Shown here: one piece after another, positions 10,092-18,971 of the stretch
Position numbering within the stretch: position 1 is the first letter of the stretch
How the letters are laid out: every line of letters begins with the position of its first letter
Source: Candidatus Fermentibacteraceae bacterium
Lineage (GTDB): Bacteria > Fermentibacterota > Fermentibacteria > Fermentibacterales > JCC-6
Assembly: GCA_041750285.1 (NCBI GenBank)
Contig: JBGSZS010000004.1
Span: 1-64,000, forward strand
Length of the DNA stretch: 64,000 nt
Reading direction: 5' to 3'
Notes under the pieces: generated by a model
What the model was told of the DNA's origin: nothing
The model's database searches: none
What the model saw: only the letters and a program-made list of their open reading frames with translations
Translations under genes and position numbers: made by a program

Positions 10092-10147
10092 GAATCCTCC
10101 AGGGTTGAGAAGCGGTAATATAGACGGGGCCGGCTGAGGCGCGCGGG

Positions 10148-10990
10148 TCAGACCGGTTCGATGTCCTTTATCAGTTCGATCAGGTACTCGCGGGACCAGT
10201 CCTCAAGTATGGAGCGGTTGCCGGAGAGCGCCAGCGCCTCCCGCTTCGCCCCTTCGACGTCCAGCGCCTTCACCTTTTCGAGAAGCCCCATCTGAACGCT
10301 GTCGAGCGTCAGGGCACTCAGGTCGCAGTAGTCGCCGGTGAGGCGGAGTTTGGCCTCGAGCTGGGAAAGACGCAGCTCGGGGAACGTTACTACGAACCAC
10401 GCGAAGTCGAACCAGTCCGGTCCGTGTGCCGTGGTCTTTTCCGAAAGGAGGGCATGGATGTTCCACGCGAATGCGTCGGGCAGGGAAACGGCGGTCACGG
10501 GGAATGGAACCGGCCTTTGAAGGAACTTCTCCTCGGTGATGAAACCGGCGCCCGACGTTGCGTCGATGTTCACCGGTACCTTCAGGAGCTTCCGGGGATG
10601 AAGGCCCGAGAGGACTTCTCTGGGGGCCTCGATCTCCTGCATCAGGACGCGGGTCACGCCGCTGAGCACCGCCCCGCCGTCCTGGCCCTTGCGGAGCTCG
10701 CCTGTGAACCCGAACCTTTTGAGCTGCTCCTTCACGGGATCGGCGTACTCCATTATCGAGAAGCCGGGATCGTGTTTCAGGAGGCAGAAATCAAGGCTTT
10801 CGCAGCGCCGGTCAAGCCCGTGCAGCACCCTGAGGGCGGTTCCGCCGAAAAACGCCGCCTTCTCGAGAAAGCCGCTCTGCTGAAGGCCCAGGAGCAGAAC
10901 CTCCTGAAGTATCTCGACAAGCGCCTTTGTATATTCCTCAGTGCTCCCGCAGGAGTAATCCGAGAGCATCCCCTTCACTGCGTTGTGCAT
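10148..10990 (-). CDS. AbiEii/AbiGii-family nucleotidyltransferase-like protein with degenerate motifs
   Basis: EILQEVLL..AFFGGTALRVLHGLDR..LDF, DWFD. Confidence 0.7.
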   Translation of the reverse strand: MHNAVKGMLSDYSCGSTEEYTKALVEILQEVLLLGLQQSGFLEKAAFFGGTALRVLHGLDRRCESLDFCLLKHDPGFSIMEYADPVKEQLKRFGFTGELRKGQDGGAVLSGVTRVLMQEIEAPREVLSGLHPRKLLKVPVNIDATSGAGFITEEKFLQRPVPFPVTAVSLPDAFAWNIHALLSEKTTAHGPDWFDFAWFVVTFPELRLSQLEAKLRLTGDYCDLSALTLDSVQMGLLEKVKALDVEGAKREALALSGNRSILEDWSREYLIELIKDIEPV

Positions 10991-11074
10991 AGCGGCCCTC
11001 CCCCCTCACGTACGTTCCGTAACACCTTTTACCGTGCATTATGCGGCGTTCGGCCCCCGAACGCAAGTAACGGT

Positions 11075-11103
11075 GAAGGCCCCGGGAAACTCCCGGGGCC
11101 TTC
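11075..11103. terminator. 13-bp perfect hairpin downstream of the peroxiredoxin gene
   Basis: GAAGGCCCCGGGA-AAC-TCCCGGGGCCTTC; no clear U tract. Confidence 0.5.
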
Positions 11104-11124
11104 CCTCGTCCGCCCTGTGGCGGG

Positions 11125-11841
11125 TTACTTCGGAAGGTTCCTGAGGCAGAGGAACCAGTCCAGGCACTCGTAGTCGGCGCCCGCGCCCTTCACCCTCTCG
11201 GCCGCGGCATCGGTGGTTGGAGGCGGCGGGATGATCACCCTGTCGCCGGGACGCCAGTCCGCCGGTGTGGCCACCTTGTACTTGTCCGACGTCTGCATGG
11301 CCACCAGAAGGCGCTTCAGCTCGTCGAAGTTCCTGCCGTTGGCCAGCGGGTAGTAGATCAGGGCCCTGACCTTCGAGTCGGGGTCGATGAAGAACACTGC
11401 CCTGACTGCCTGCGTGTCGCTGGCACCCGGCTGGACCATGCCGTACTTGTAGGCCACGTCCATGGTGAGGTCGGCGATGACGGGGAAGTCGACCTTCATG
11501 TTCTTCATGCCGTTCCAGACTATCTTCTCCTCGATGGTGCGCAGCCAGGCGATGTGGCTGTAGTGGCTGTCGATGGAGAGCCCCACCAGCTCGCAGTTGA
11601 GGTCACGGAACTCGTTCTGCATCCTGGCGAAGGTCATGAACTCGGTGGTGCAGACCGGCGTGAAATCGGCGGGGTGGCTGAAGAGGATGACCCATTTGCC
11701 CTCATAGTCCTCGGGGAAGTTCAGCGTGCCTTTTGTCGTGAGGGCGGTGAAAGAGGGCGCAAGGTCGCCAATGAGCGGGATCGATGGAAACCCTTCGTCC
11801 TCGCAGCAGCATTCCATGTCGTGATCGTGGTCTTCACACAT
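11125..11841 (-). CDS. Peroxiredoxin (Prx6/TDXH type)
   Basis: HPADFTPVCTTE, GRNFDE, ATPADW, C-terminal CLDWFLC; RBS AGGAG. Confidence 0.92.
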   Translation of the reverse strand: MCEDHDHDMECCCEDEGFPSIPLIGDLAPSFTALTTKGTLNFPEDYEGKWVILFSHPADFTPVCTTEFMTFARMQNEFRDLNCELVGLSIDSHYSHIAWLRTIEEKIVWNGMKNMKVDFPVIADLTMDVAYKYGMVQPGASDTQAVRAVFFIDPDSKVRALIYYPLANGRNFDELKRLLVAMQTSDKYKVATPADWRPGDRVIIPPPPTTDAAAERVKGAGADYECLDWFLCLRNLPK

Positions 11842-11844
11842 TTT

Positions 11845-13362
11845 TCACTCCTTTCCCGGTGAGGTCGCCCTCACCCTTTCCTCCTGGCTCATTCGGGCGA
11901 GGTTCTCGATCTCCTTCACGTTGAGTCCGAGCCCTTCCGCAACCCTCGAGCCGTAATCGCGGTCAACCTTGAAAAACAGGGCGGTCTGCCTTTTCTGTAT
12001 GTGCTTCCTTGCGTTGCCCAGGTGGCCCGTGATGTTTGCCACGAGGTGCTTGCGGTCATCCTCGGTCATCACCCTGCGGTAAAGCTCGCCGGGCTGGATG
12101 AAATCAGCATCGGTCAGCGCAACGTGGTGCCTGTACGCCATGCCGAAGACATCGATGGGAGGCAGTGCCCGGGCGGGGTCGGGTGAGGGTGTTCCAAGGC
12201 TGTTGGGCCAGTAGTTGGGGGCATTGCCCGCGTTGCCGTCCACCCTCATGGCGCCGTCCCTCTGGTAGTTCACGAATCCTGAGGCCTTCGGGGCGTTCAC
12301 GGGGATGAGGTGGTAGTTGGGGCCGAGCCTGTGCCTGTGGGCGTCGTGATAGCCGAACAGCCTGGCCTGCATCATTTTGTCCGGCGAGGGGCCGATTCCC
12401 GGCACCATGTTCCCCGGGGAGAAGGCGGCAAGCTCAACGTCGGCGAAGTAGTTCTCCGGGTTGCGGTTGAGTACGAGCCTGCCCACCGGGACCGGCGGGA
12501 ACTCGCCATGGGGCCAGACCTTGGTGACATCGAACGGGTCGTACCTGAAGGTCCGGGCCTGATCGTCGGTCATGATCTGGGCCTCGACCAGCCAGGACGG
12601 GAAAACCTCCTCCGCTATCGCGTCGAAAAGGTCACGCGTGGCGGTGTCGGGGTCGACCCCCCTCATTCTGTCGGCCTCTTCACCGGTGAAGTTCCTGATG
12701 CCGCCCTCGGTCTTGAAGTGAAGCTTGACCCAGCAATACTCGCCCCCGGCGTTGTACCACATGAAGGCGTGGCCGCCGTAGCCGTTCATCGAGCGGTAGT
12801 TCCTTGGTGTGCCCCTGTCCGAGAACAGGATCGTCACCTGGTGGATGGACTCGGGCGTGAGACTGAGGAAATCCCAGAAAGCGTCGGGGTCTTTCAGGTT
12901 GGTTCCGGGGTTGCGCTTCTGGGTGTGTATGAAGTCGGGGAACTTTATGGCGTCGCGTATGAAGAACACCGGCGTGTTGTTCCCGACCATGTCGAAGTTG
13001 CCCTCTTCGGTGTAGAACTTGACCGCGAAGCCCCTGGGGTCGCGCTCGGAATCGGCCGAGCCCTTCTCCCCCCCCACCGTGGAGAACCTGGCGAAGACTT
13101 CCGTCTTCTTCCCCACTTCCGAAAGGAACGCCGCACAGGTGTAGCGGGAAACGTCGTGGGTGACCTCGAAGAAACCGAAGGCCCCCGCACCCTTGGCGTG
13201 CACCACTCTTTCGGGGATCCTCTCCCTGTTGAAGTGTGCGAGCTTTTCGATGAGGTGTATGTCTTCAAGGAGAACGGGCCCCCTGGGGCCTGTGGTCATT
13301 GATGTGAGGTCGCTGTCGACCGGTTTTCCGAAGTTGGTGGTGAGGTTTCTGCCTTTCTTCAC
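11845..13362 (-). CDS. katA: Monofunctional haem catalase
   Basis: [15 protein letters not shown] active-site motif; RLFGYHDAH haem-ligand motif. Confidence 0.95.
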   Translation of the reverse strand: MKKGRNLTTNFGKPVDSDLTSMTTGPRGPVLLEDIHLIEKLAHFNRERIPERVVHAKGAGAFGFFEVTHDVSRYTCAAFLSEVGKKTEVFARFSTVGGEKGSADSERDPRGFAVKFYTEEGNFDMVGNNTPVFFIRDAIKFPDFIHTQKRNPGTNLKDPDAFWDFLSLTPESIHQVTILFSDRGTPRNYRSMNGYGGHAFMWYNAGGEYCWVKLHFKTEGGIRNFTGEEADRMRGVDPDTATRDLFDAIAEEVFPSWLVEAQIMTDDQARTFRYDPFDVTKVWPHGEFPPVPVGRLVLNRNPENYFADVELAAFSPGNMVPGIGPSPDKMMQARLFGYHDAHRHRLGPNYHLIPVNAPKASGFVNYQRDGAMRVDGNAGNAPNYWPNSLGTPSPDPARALPPIDVFGMAYRHHVALTDADFIQPGELYRRVMTEDDRKHLVANITGHLGNARKHIQKRQTALFFKVDRDYGSRVAEGLGLNVKEIENLARMSQEERVRATSPGKE

Positions 13363-13363
13363 T

Positions 13364-13810
13364 TCACTCCTCCCCTTCCTTCTCGAGACACTTTTTGCAC
13401 ACTCCCCTCACCTCGATGCGCGAGCCGCGCACAAGCCCAAGGGCCTGCGCCTGCACGGGTACGGGAATGGCGTCGAGTTCGGGACACACGAAATCGTAGG
13501 CTTCGCCGCAGATCGAGCACAGGAAGTGGTGATGGGGCGTGCTGTCAGCGTCGAAGCGAACCCTCTCGCCCGATGAGCCCACCGGATGGATCATGCCCAT
13601 GGCGGAAAGCGTCCTCATCGTGCGGTAGACCGTATCGAGGGAGATGGACGGCATCCGGACCCTCACGGCCTCGTAGACCTCGCCGATGCTCGGATGGCCC
13701 TTTGCGAGAACGACCTCGCGGATGATCTCGAGGCGCTGCCTCGTGACCTTGACACCCGCTTCCCTGAGGGCGTCTTCGTAGCACTGCGTCATCCGTGTGC
13801 GGTCGTCCAT
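13364..13810 (-). CDS. perR: Fur-family regulator, probably PerR
   Basis: TRQR, HPS, TVYRT, HHHFLCxxC and GxCxxC motifs; first gene of the catalase-Prx operon. Confidence 0.8.
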   Translation of the reverse strand: MDDRTRMTQCYEDALREAGVKVTRQRLEIIREVVLAKGHPSIGEVYEAVRVRMPSISLDTVYRTMRTLSAMGMIHPVGSSGERVRFDADSTPHHHFLCSICGEAYDFVCPELDAIPVPVQAQALGLVRGSRIEVRGVCKKCLEKEGEE

Positions 13811-13847
13811 TGCTCTCCGTGTGACAAAGGTTCATGGCAAAGCTTGT

Positions 13848-13878
13848 TAAGAATATTTCTTATTTACATGGTTGTCAA
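13848..13878 (-). promoter_or_regulatory. sigma70 promoter overlapped by a PerR/Fur-like inverted repeat
   Basis: TTGACA-N17-TATTCT; palindrome TAAGAA-TAT-TTCTTA at 13848-13862 covers the -10. Confidence 0.7.
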
Positions 13879-13906
13879 GCCCGGCACACCCTTGTATTTT
13901 CGCCCG

Positions 13907-15010
13907 ATGAAAACAGCGTTCGGGCTTTTCATGCCCACTTACGTCAGTTCAAGCTCCACGGCCGACCTCAGACGACTTACGGGCGGCATCAGGTACGACT
14001 TCGAGGTCGCCGAGGCCTTCAGGTCACGGGGCTTCAGCACGAACACGCCCGACCTCGAAACCCTTCCAAGATACGCAAGGAGTCTCAGGTTCCCAGCGGC
14101 TGCACTCCTCTGGAAAGCCTCACAGAAAGAACCCTTTCATGTTCTTGTCACCGACCTCGGAACAAGCCCCCTCACCCTGGGGGTTCAGAAAAGGGCTGCA
14201 GGGGCGGGTGTTCTGACAGTGCTGATCTGCCATCACTTCAGGGGACATCTGGACAAACCGGTCCTGCGCAGGCTTCTTCACAGATACTGCGAGAGGCGGA
14301 TCGTCGCCGGGGCCGACATCCTTGTCGCCAACAGCTCCCACACCCGGTCAGTGCTTGAGGGGATGGGGCGTTCACCGCGCGACATCATCCTGGCTCCGCC
14401 CGGTCTGAACGTGCCCCTGGCCGGAGCTCCCCGCGTAAATGAGAAACCGGCCCTCATCCTTGCCGTCGGCAACATCGAACAGAGAAAGGGCGTCATCGAC
14501 GCAGTGAGGGCTTTTGAGCATTCAGGCCTGAAAACGGCGGAACTTGTGCTGGCCGGATCGGAAGAGCTCGAAACCGAATACGCGGGGAAGGTCAGGTCCC
14601 TCATCGAGAGCGCCGGGCTGGGCGGCAGGGTGAGGATAACCGGCAGGCTCTCCGATGGGGAGCTCGAAGCTTTGTACCGCAGTGCGGACATCTTCATGCT
14701 CCTCTCCCGCTGGGAGGGTTACGGCATGGCGATAGCCGAAGCTATGGCCTCGGGCCTGCCCGTTCTGTCGACAACCGCGGGGGCCATTCCTGGGATCGTT
14801 TCAAACGGAGTGTCGGGGATCCTTGTCGCACCCGGCGACTGGAAGGCCGCCGGCGAAAACCTCCGGCTTCTCCTCACCGATGCCCGGCTCAGGGAAAGGC
14901 TTGCTGCTGAAGCGCTGAAAAGCGCTGCCGGTTTCCCGTCATGGGAGGAATCGATGGAGAGGATCGTTCAGGAGGTTCTTTCCCGCCTGCACAGCCCTTC
15001 GAGGAACTGA
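13907..15010 (+). CDS. GT4 glycosyltransferase
   Basis: VGNIEQRKG, SRWEGYGMAIAEAMASG; start moved to ATG 13907. Confidence 0.85.
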   Translation: MKTAFGLFMPTYVSSSSTADLRRLTGGIRYDFEVAEAFRSRGFSTNTPDLETLPRYARSLRFPAAALLWKASQKEPFHVLVTDLGTSPLTLGVQKRAAGAGVLTVLICHHFRGHLDKPVLRRLLHRYCERRIVAGADILVANSSHTRSVLEGMGRSPRDIILAPPGLNVPLAGAPRVNEKPALILAVGNIEQRKGVIDAVRAFEHSGLKTAELVLAGSEELETEYAGKVRSLIESAGLGGRVRITGRLSDGELEALYRSADIFMLLSRWEGYGMAIAEAMASGLPVLSTTAGAIPGIVSNGVSGILVAPGDWKAAGENLRLLLTDARLRERLAAEALKSAAGFPSWEESMERIVQEVLSRLHSPSRN

Positions 15011-16269
15011 ACTAGCCCGAAGGCGCCGGCCTCCATGTCCATCTCTGTTCCCAGAAGGACGTCGGGGGAGGGAAGAACCCTCAGCTCTCCACGGCTCATC
15101 TCCTCCCATGCGGTCTCGAGCGCCTGACAAATGCCTTCGGCATCGTGACCCGACACGTATCCGGCGTTCATCCGGCGGATGAGGGCGGTCATGTCCCCCT
15201 CGCGGGAAAGGGCGAGTATCGGCCTTCTTGCCAGAAGGCACTCCACCGTCTTCGAGGCGTTCTTCAGTTCGTTGCCCGGCTGGGGGGGCATGAGGATCAG
15301 AAGCAGGTGGGAAAGGTCCTGCCACTCCCTGACCGAAGTGAAGGGAACCCTGCCGATCCATTCGACATGCTCTGAAATGCCCAGCTCTCCAGGAAGCCCG
15401 GTGTGCCCGCCGGGGTCGCCGACAACCCTGAACCTGATCCTTCTCTCCGGGTGCCTCTGCATGAAGAGCTTCATGCCCTGCATGAAGTAAAGAGGGGTCT
15501 GGTTGCCCATGAGGTATCCCGCATAGGTCACGACCATCTCATCCCCCAGCGCGGGAGGTGGTTGTGTGCTCCAGAGGGTTTCGGTCTCTTCCCGGGTCGC
15601 CCCGTTCCAGAGGGTCTGAACGGGCGGACAGAGCGTGCCGTAGGTTTTTCTGAAGTATTCCGACGAGCCGTCGGTCGTGGTGACGATCCCGTCGGCCGCA
15701 CGAACCACCCACCTCTCCATCGTCCCGGTCCAGAAACGCCTTGCACGTGGCTCGCCGTCACGGTTCACATAGCCGTCGTAAACCCAGAGGTCTCCGAAGT
15801 ATGCCACCCAGGGCCTGCCGGTAAGCGCGGAGCACACCAGCCCAACGAGATGGACGGAGTGCGGCGGACCCAGTGTGACTATCAGGTCGGCATTGCTTTC
15901 CCTTATGGCCTTCAGCGAGGTCCGGATGGCACGGGGAGCCCAGGCAACGTACCTGTCGGGCTGCAGGAGAACGTTCAGAATGAAGTGGCGGAGCCATCCC
16001 GGGATCCTGAATCGTTTCTCCTGCGTGATGCTGCCTCCGGATGCCTTCAGGCTTCCGACCCGCACCCTCCCGTCCCGGATGACCCTCACCTCTTCCGGAA
16101 GAAGGTCGAGAAGTGACTCGTCCATCGGGAGACCGCCGGCGTGCCGGGGAGTCACCACCGTGGGAATCCATCCGTGCTTCACGAGGAGACTTGTGACCTT
16201 CAGGTTCATGGGGGCCGAACCCGTGGACACCGGAGGAAAGGTGTATGCAATGTAGACGAGGTTTTTCAT
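14968..16269 (-). CDS. GT4-like glycosyltransferase
   Basis: IAYTFPP, TLGPPHSVH, FGDLW, ASKTVEC; TGATG coupling to the upstream gene. Confidence 0.8.
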   Translation of the reverse strand: MKNLVYIAYTFPPVSTGSAPMNLKVTSLLVKHGWIPTVVTPRHAGGLPMDESLLDLLPEEVRVIRDGRVRVGSLKASGGSITQEKRFRIPGWLRHFILNVLLQPDRYVAWAPRAIRTSLKAIRESNADLIVTLGPPHSVHLVGLVCSALTGRPWVAYFGDLWVYDGYVNRDGEPRARRFWTGTMERWVVRAADGIVTTTDGSSEYFRKTYGTLCPPVQTLWNGATREETETLWSTQPPPALGDEMVVTYAGYLMGNQTPLYFMQGMKLFMQRHPERRIRFRVVGDPGGHTGLPGELGISEHVEWIGRVPFTSVREWQDLSHLLLILMPPQPGNELKNASKTVECLLARRPILALSREGDMTALIRRMNAGYVSGHDAEGICQALETAWEEMSRGELRVLPSPDVLLGTEMDMEAGAFGLVQFLEGLCRRERTS

Positions 16270-17525
16270 CACACGCGTTCCCCCGGTCCCAGCCTGCCGT
16301 ACAGGGACAGGAGGACCTCTGAAGAGCTGTCCCACGTGTAATGCCGCAGCGCGGCCCCGCGGCCACGCTCACCCATCGCCCTTGCCGCGGCGGCGTCGGA
16401 TGCCATGGCGATCATTCCCCGGGCAATGGCTTCGGGGGAGGAGGCGTCGATCGTGATGCCGCACGAGTGCCGGGAGACCACGGCGGTGATCTCGGGAAGG
16501 TCGCAGGCGAGTATGGGAAGCGACCCCATCATGTATTCGAAAAGCTTGTTCGGAAGGGACAGGACATGGTTCGGGCAGCTGCCCTGGAAGAGCAGAAGAC
16601 CAGCGTCGGCAGCGGCTGTGTAGCGGTGCAGCTCTTCGGACGGGACTGGGGGATGGAACGTGATCCTGCCGGCCCCTCCCTTCTCCCGGGCGTACGCCCC
16701 GATGGCGCCCCGGCTTGCGTCGTGGCCGACCACCGCAATGTGAACCCTGGTTTCACCGAGAAGGGCCGACGCCTCGATGAGCTGCTCCAGCCCCCTGTGG
16801 GAACAGAGAACGCCCTGGTAAAGAAACAGGAAGAACTCCTCCGACGGCGCCCCCAGAAGGGCCCGGATACCGGCGTCCCTGCCGGCCGGGGCGATGACGG
16901 GCGGATAGTTCGGGACCACCCATGACCTGAGCCCAGGGTACATCTCCTTCATGGCCTTCTCCCTGCCGGGAGTCACCGAGATGACTGCGTGGGCTCTGGG
17001 GGCGATGAGCCGCTCGGCGGTCCTTTCCAGGGTCCTGAACAGCCACCCGGTCTCCTCGAGGTGCCTTGTGCTGCCGAGCCAGAGTTCGTGCGAGTCGTAC
17101 ACCAGCTTCGCCCTGCGCATGACTGCCGCCGTTGCGCAGACCGCGAGTGTGTCGAGATCATGGGCGTGAAAAACCCGTGCCCCGGTCGCGAGGGCCTCAC
17201 CGAGAAGCCGGCGCTGGTAGAGGATCGAGTGGAAAAGGTTGCCCAGGGTCTGCTTGACCGGGTTGCTCCTGACCCTGCCCAGGAAGCCCCGCTTCCCCTC
17301 CGCCGAATCCAGCGCCCTGCGGACCGATTCTTTCAGTCTCCCCGACCTGGGAACCCGGACGATGCGGATACCGTTCCAGTCTTCCCTTTCGGGGGCTCCG
17401 GGTTCGGGCAGGCTGATTATGGTGACTTCGTGCCCGGCGCCGGCGAGCGTCAGGGCCTCCTTCTTCACCCTGGCGTCGTTCCAGAGCTGGTTCTTCACGA
17501 TCATGCAGACCTTCAGGGGCGTCAC
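16269..17525 (-). CDS. GT4 glycosyltransferase
   Basis: DARVKKEA, HAHDLDT, YDSHE, SLPNKLFEYM; GTG start overlaps the flippase stop. Confidence 0.85.
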   Translation of the reverse strand: MTPLKVCMIVKNQLWNDARVKKEALTLAGAGHEVTIISLPEPGAPEREDWNGIRIVRVPRSGRLKESVRRALDSAEGKRGFLGRVRSNPVKQTLGNLFHSILYQRRLLGEALATGARVFHAHDLDTLAVCATAAVMRRAKLVYDSHELWLGSTRHLEETGWLFRTLERTAERLIAPRAHAVISVTPGREKAMKEMYPGLRSWVVPNYPPVIAPAGRDAGIRALLGAPSEEFFLFLYQGVLCSHRGLEQLIEASALLGETRVHIAVVGHDASRGAIGAYAREKGGAGRITFHPPVPSEELHRYTAAADAGLLLFQGSCPNHVLSLPNKLFEYMMGSLPILACDLPEITAVVSRHSCGITIDASSPEAIARGMIAMASDAAAARAMGERGRGAALRHYTWDSSSEVLLSLYGRLGPGERV

Positions 17526-18808
17526 GCGGTTTCCTCCCGGCCCGGCCTGATGAACCTTGTGGTCTTCCTCACTATCCATACCGTGCTGAGGGAGAGGGCC
17601 ACCGCGGTTGCCACCGCAGCCCCGACCCCGCCGTAATCCCTTATGAGAAGGAAGTTGAGCCCCACGTTGACGCCGGACGAGATGAGCACGCTGTAGAGTG
17701 AGTACTGGGGCTTTCCGGCCGCCAGGGCCGCCGTGGAGAAATAGCTTCCCACCGGACGCACAATGATCAGGGCGCCAAGGATCATGGTCACGGGCCAGCT
17801 CCCCACGTAACGCCCGTTGTATACCAGGTCGAGTATCTGGGCGGGGAAGAAGACAAGCGCCGCCACTGCGGGCAGAAGGATGGCCTCGGCTATGAGCACG
17901 CTGCTCCATGCCCTGGATATGATGAGCCCCCGCTGACCCTGCCTCCACATTCGTGAGAAAAGCGGCAGCAGAACCATGTTCGCCGCTGCGTTCACCATTG
18001 CGAACACGCCGGAGAGGGACCGTGCCGCGCCGTAGGCCGCAACGTCCCCCGGGGCTATCTTGCCCAGCATGATGATGTCGGTGCTTGTGTAGATGTAGTT
18101 GGCAGTGGCCGTGCCGAGGCAGACCAGTGAAAAGTTCATCACGGTCGTCAGGTTCCTGCGGGTGACGGGAGCATCGGTGAAGAAGAATGTTTTTGCCAGG
18201 GCAAGGCTGAGCAGGAATGAGCAGATGTTGGCAATGGCGGTGGCAAGGAAGATCTGGTGCCCTGTCCGCAGCGTTCCCCCGAGGATCAGCGCACCGATGA
18301 TCCCCCCCCTCAGGGTGAACTGAAGCAGGTCGACATACATCACGTCGCGGGTCCTGTGCCTCGTTATGAGAAGGACCCTGGGAATCCCCGCGACCGCGCC
18401 GGTCACCACGACAAGCGCCAGCATGGCTGGAAGACCGGCAATGTCCAGTTCGTTGTAGAAGCGCCCGACGATGCCCTCGGTGCCCACGAGGAGGAGGCCC
18501 GACAGAACGGCGAGAAGAAGGGTGAGCAGAATGCCGGCATTGGCGAGTTCCCGCTCCCGGCGGCCGTCGCCTTCCGAAGCCATCTTCATTATTGCCTGCT
18601 GTATGAAGCCGCCGCCTATGAGAACCCCGAAGGTCTCAAAGGTCCGTGCCAGTGTGTAGGATGCGAAAGCGTCCTCGGGAATGGTCCTGATGATGAAGAT
18701 ATGCAGGATGCCCCACACGAACATCGTGGCCCGGCTGACAAGGGCCGGGGCGCCGAGTTTCAGAATGCTGCTGCGGGAGTTGTAGAGGCCTTTGAGATCG
18801 AACATCAT
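17522..18808 (-). CDS. Wzx-like oligosaccharide flippase
   Basis: Multi-TM; TDIIMLG..VAAYGAA, LNFLLIRDYGGVGAAVAT; start uncertain (18808 or 18862). Confidence 0.8.
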   Translation of the reverse strand: MMFDLKGLYNSRSSILKLGAPALVSRATMFVWGILHIFIIRTIPEDAFASYTLARTFETFGVLIGGGFIQQAIMKMASEGDGRRERELANAGILLTLLLAVLSGLLLVGTEGIVGRFYNELDIAGLPAMLALVVVTGAVAGIPRVLLITRHRTRDVMYVDLLQFTLRGGIIGALILGGTLRTGHQIFLATAIANICSFLLSLALAKTFFFTDAPVTRRNLTTVMNFSLVCLGTATANYIYTSTDIIMLGKIAPGDVAAYGAARSLSGVFAMVNAAANMVLLPLFSRMWRQGQRGLIISRAWSSVLIAEAILLPAVAALVFFPAQILDLVYNGRYVGSWPVTMILGALIIVRPVGSYFSTAALAAGKPQYSLYSVLISSGVNVGLNFLLIRDYGGVGAAVATAVALSLSTVWIVRKTTRFIRPGREETA

Positions 18809-18971
18809 CCCTCTTGCGGCTGGAAGCGTTCCCCACCGGACGGCAGCCCTGAAAATACTCAATCCTCCGGGACGAAAACCAGGAGCCGTGTTCGTTGACC
18901 CTGTCCACCTTCTCTATTCTATTATCACCATTATTCGTAAAAGGATCATCACACCGCGTAAGGGGTCATTC

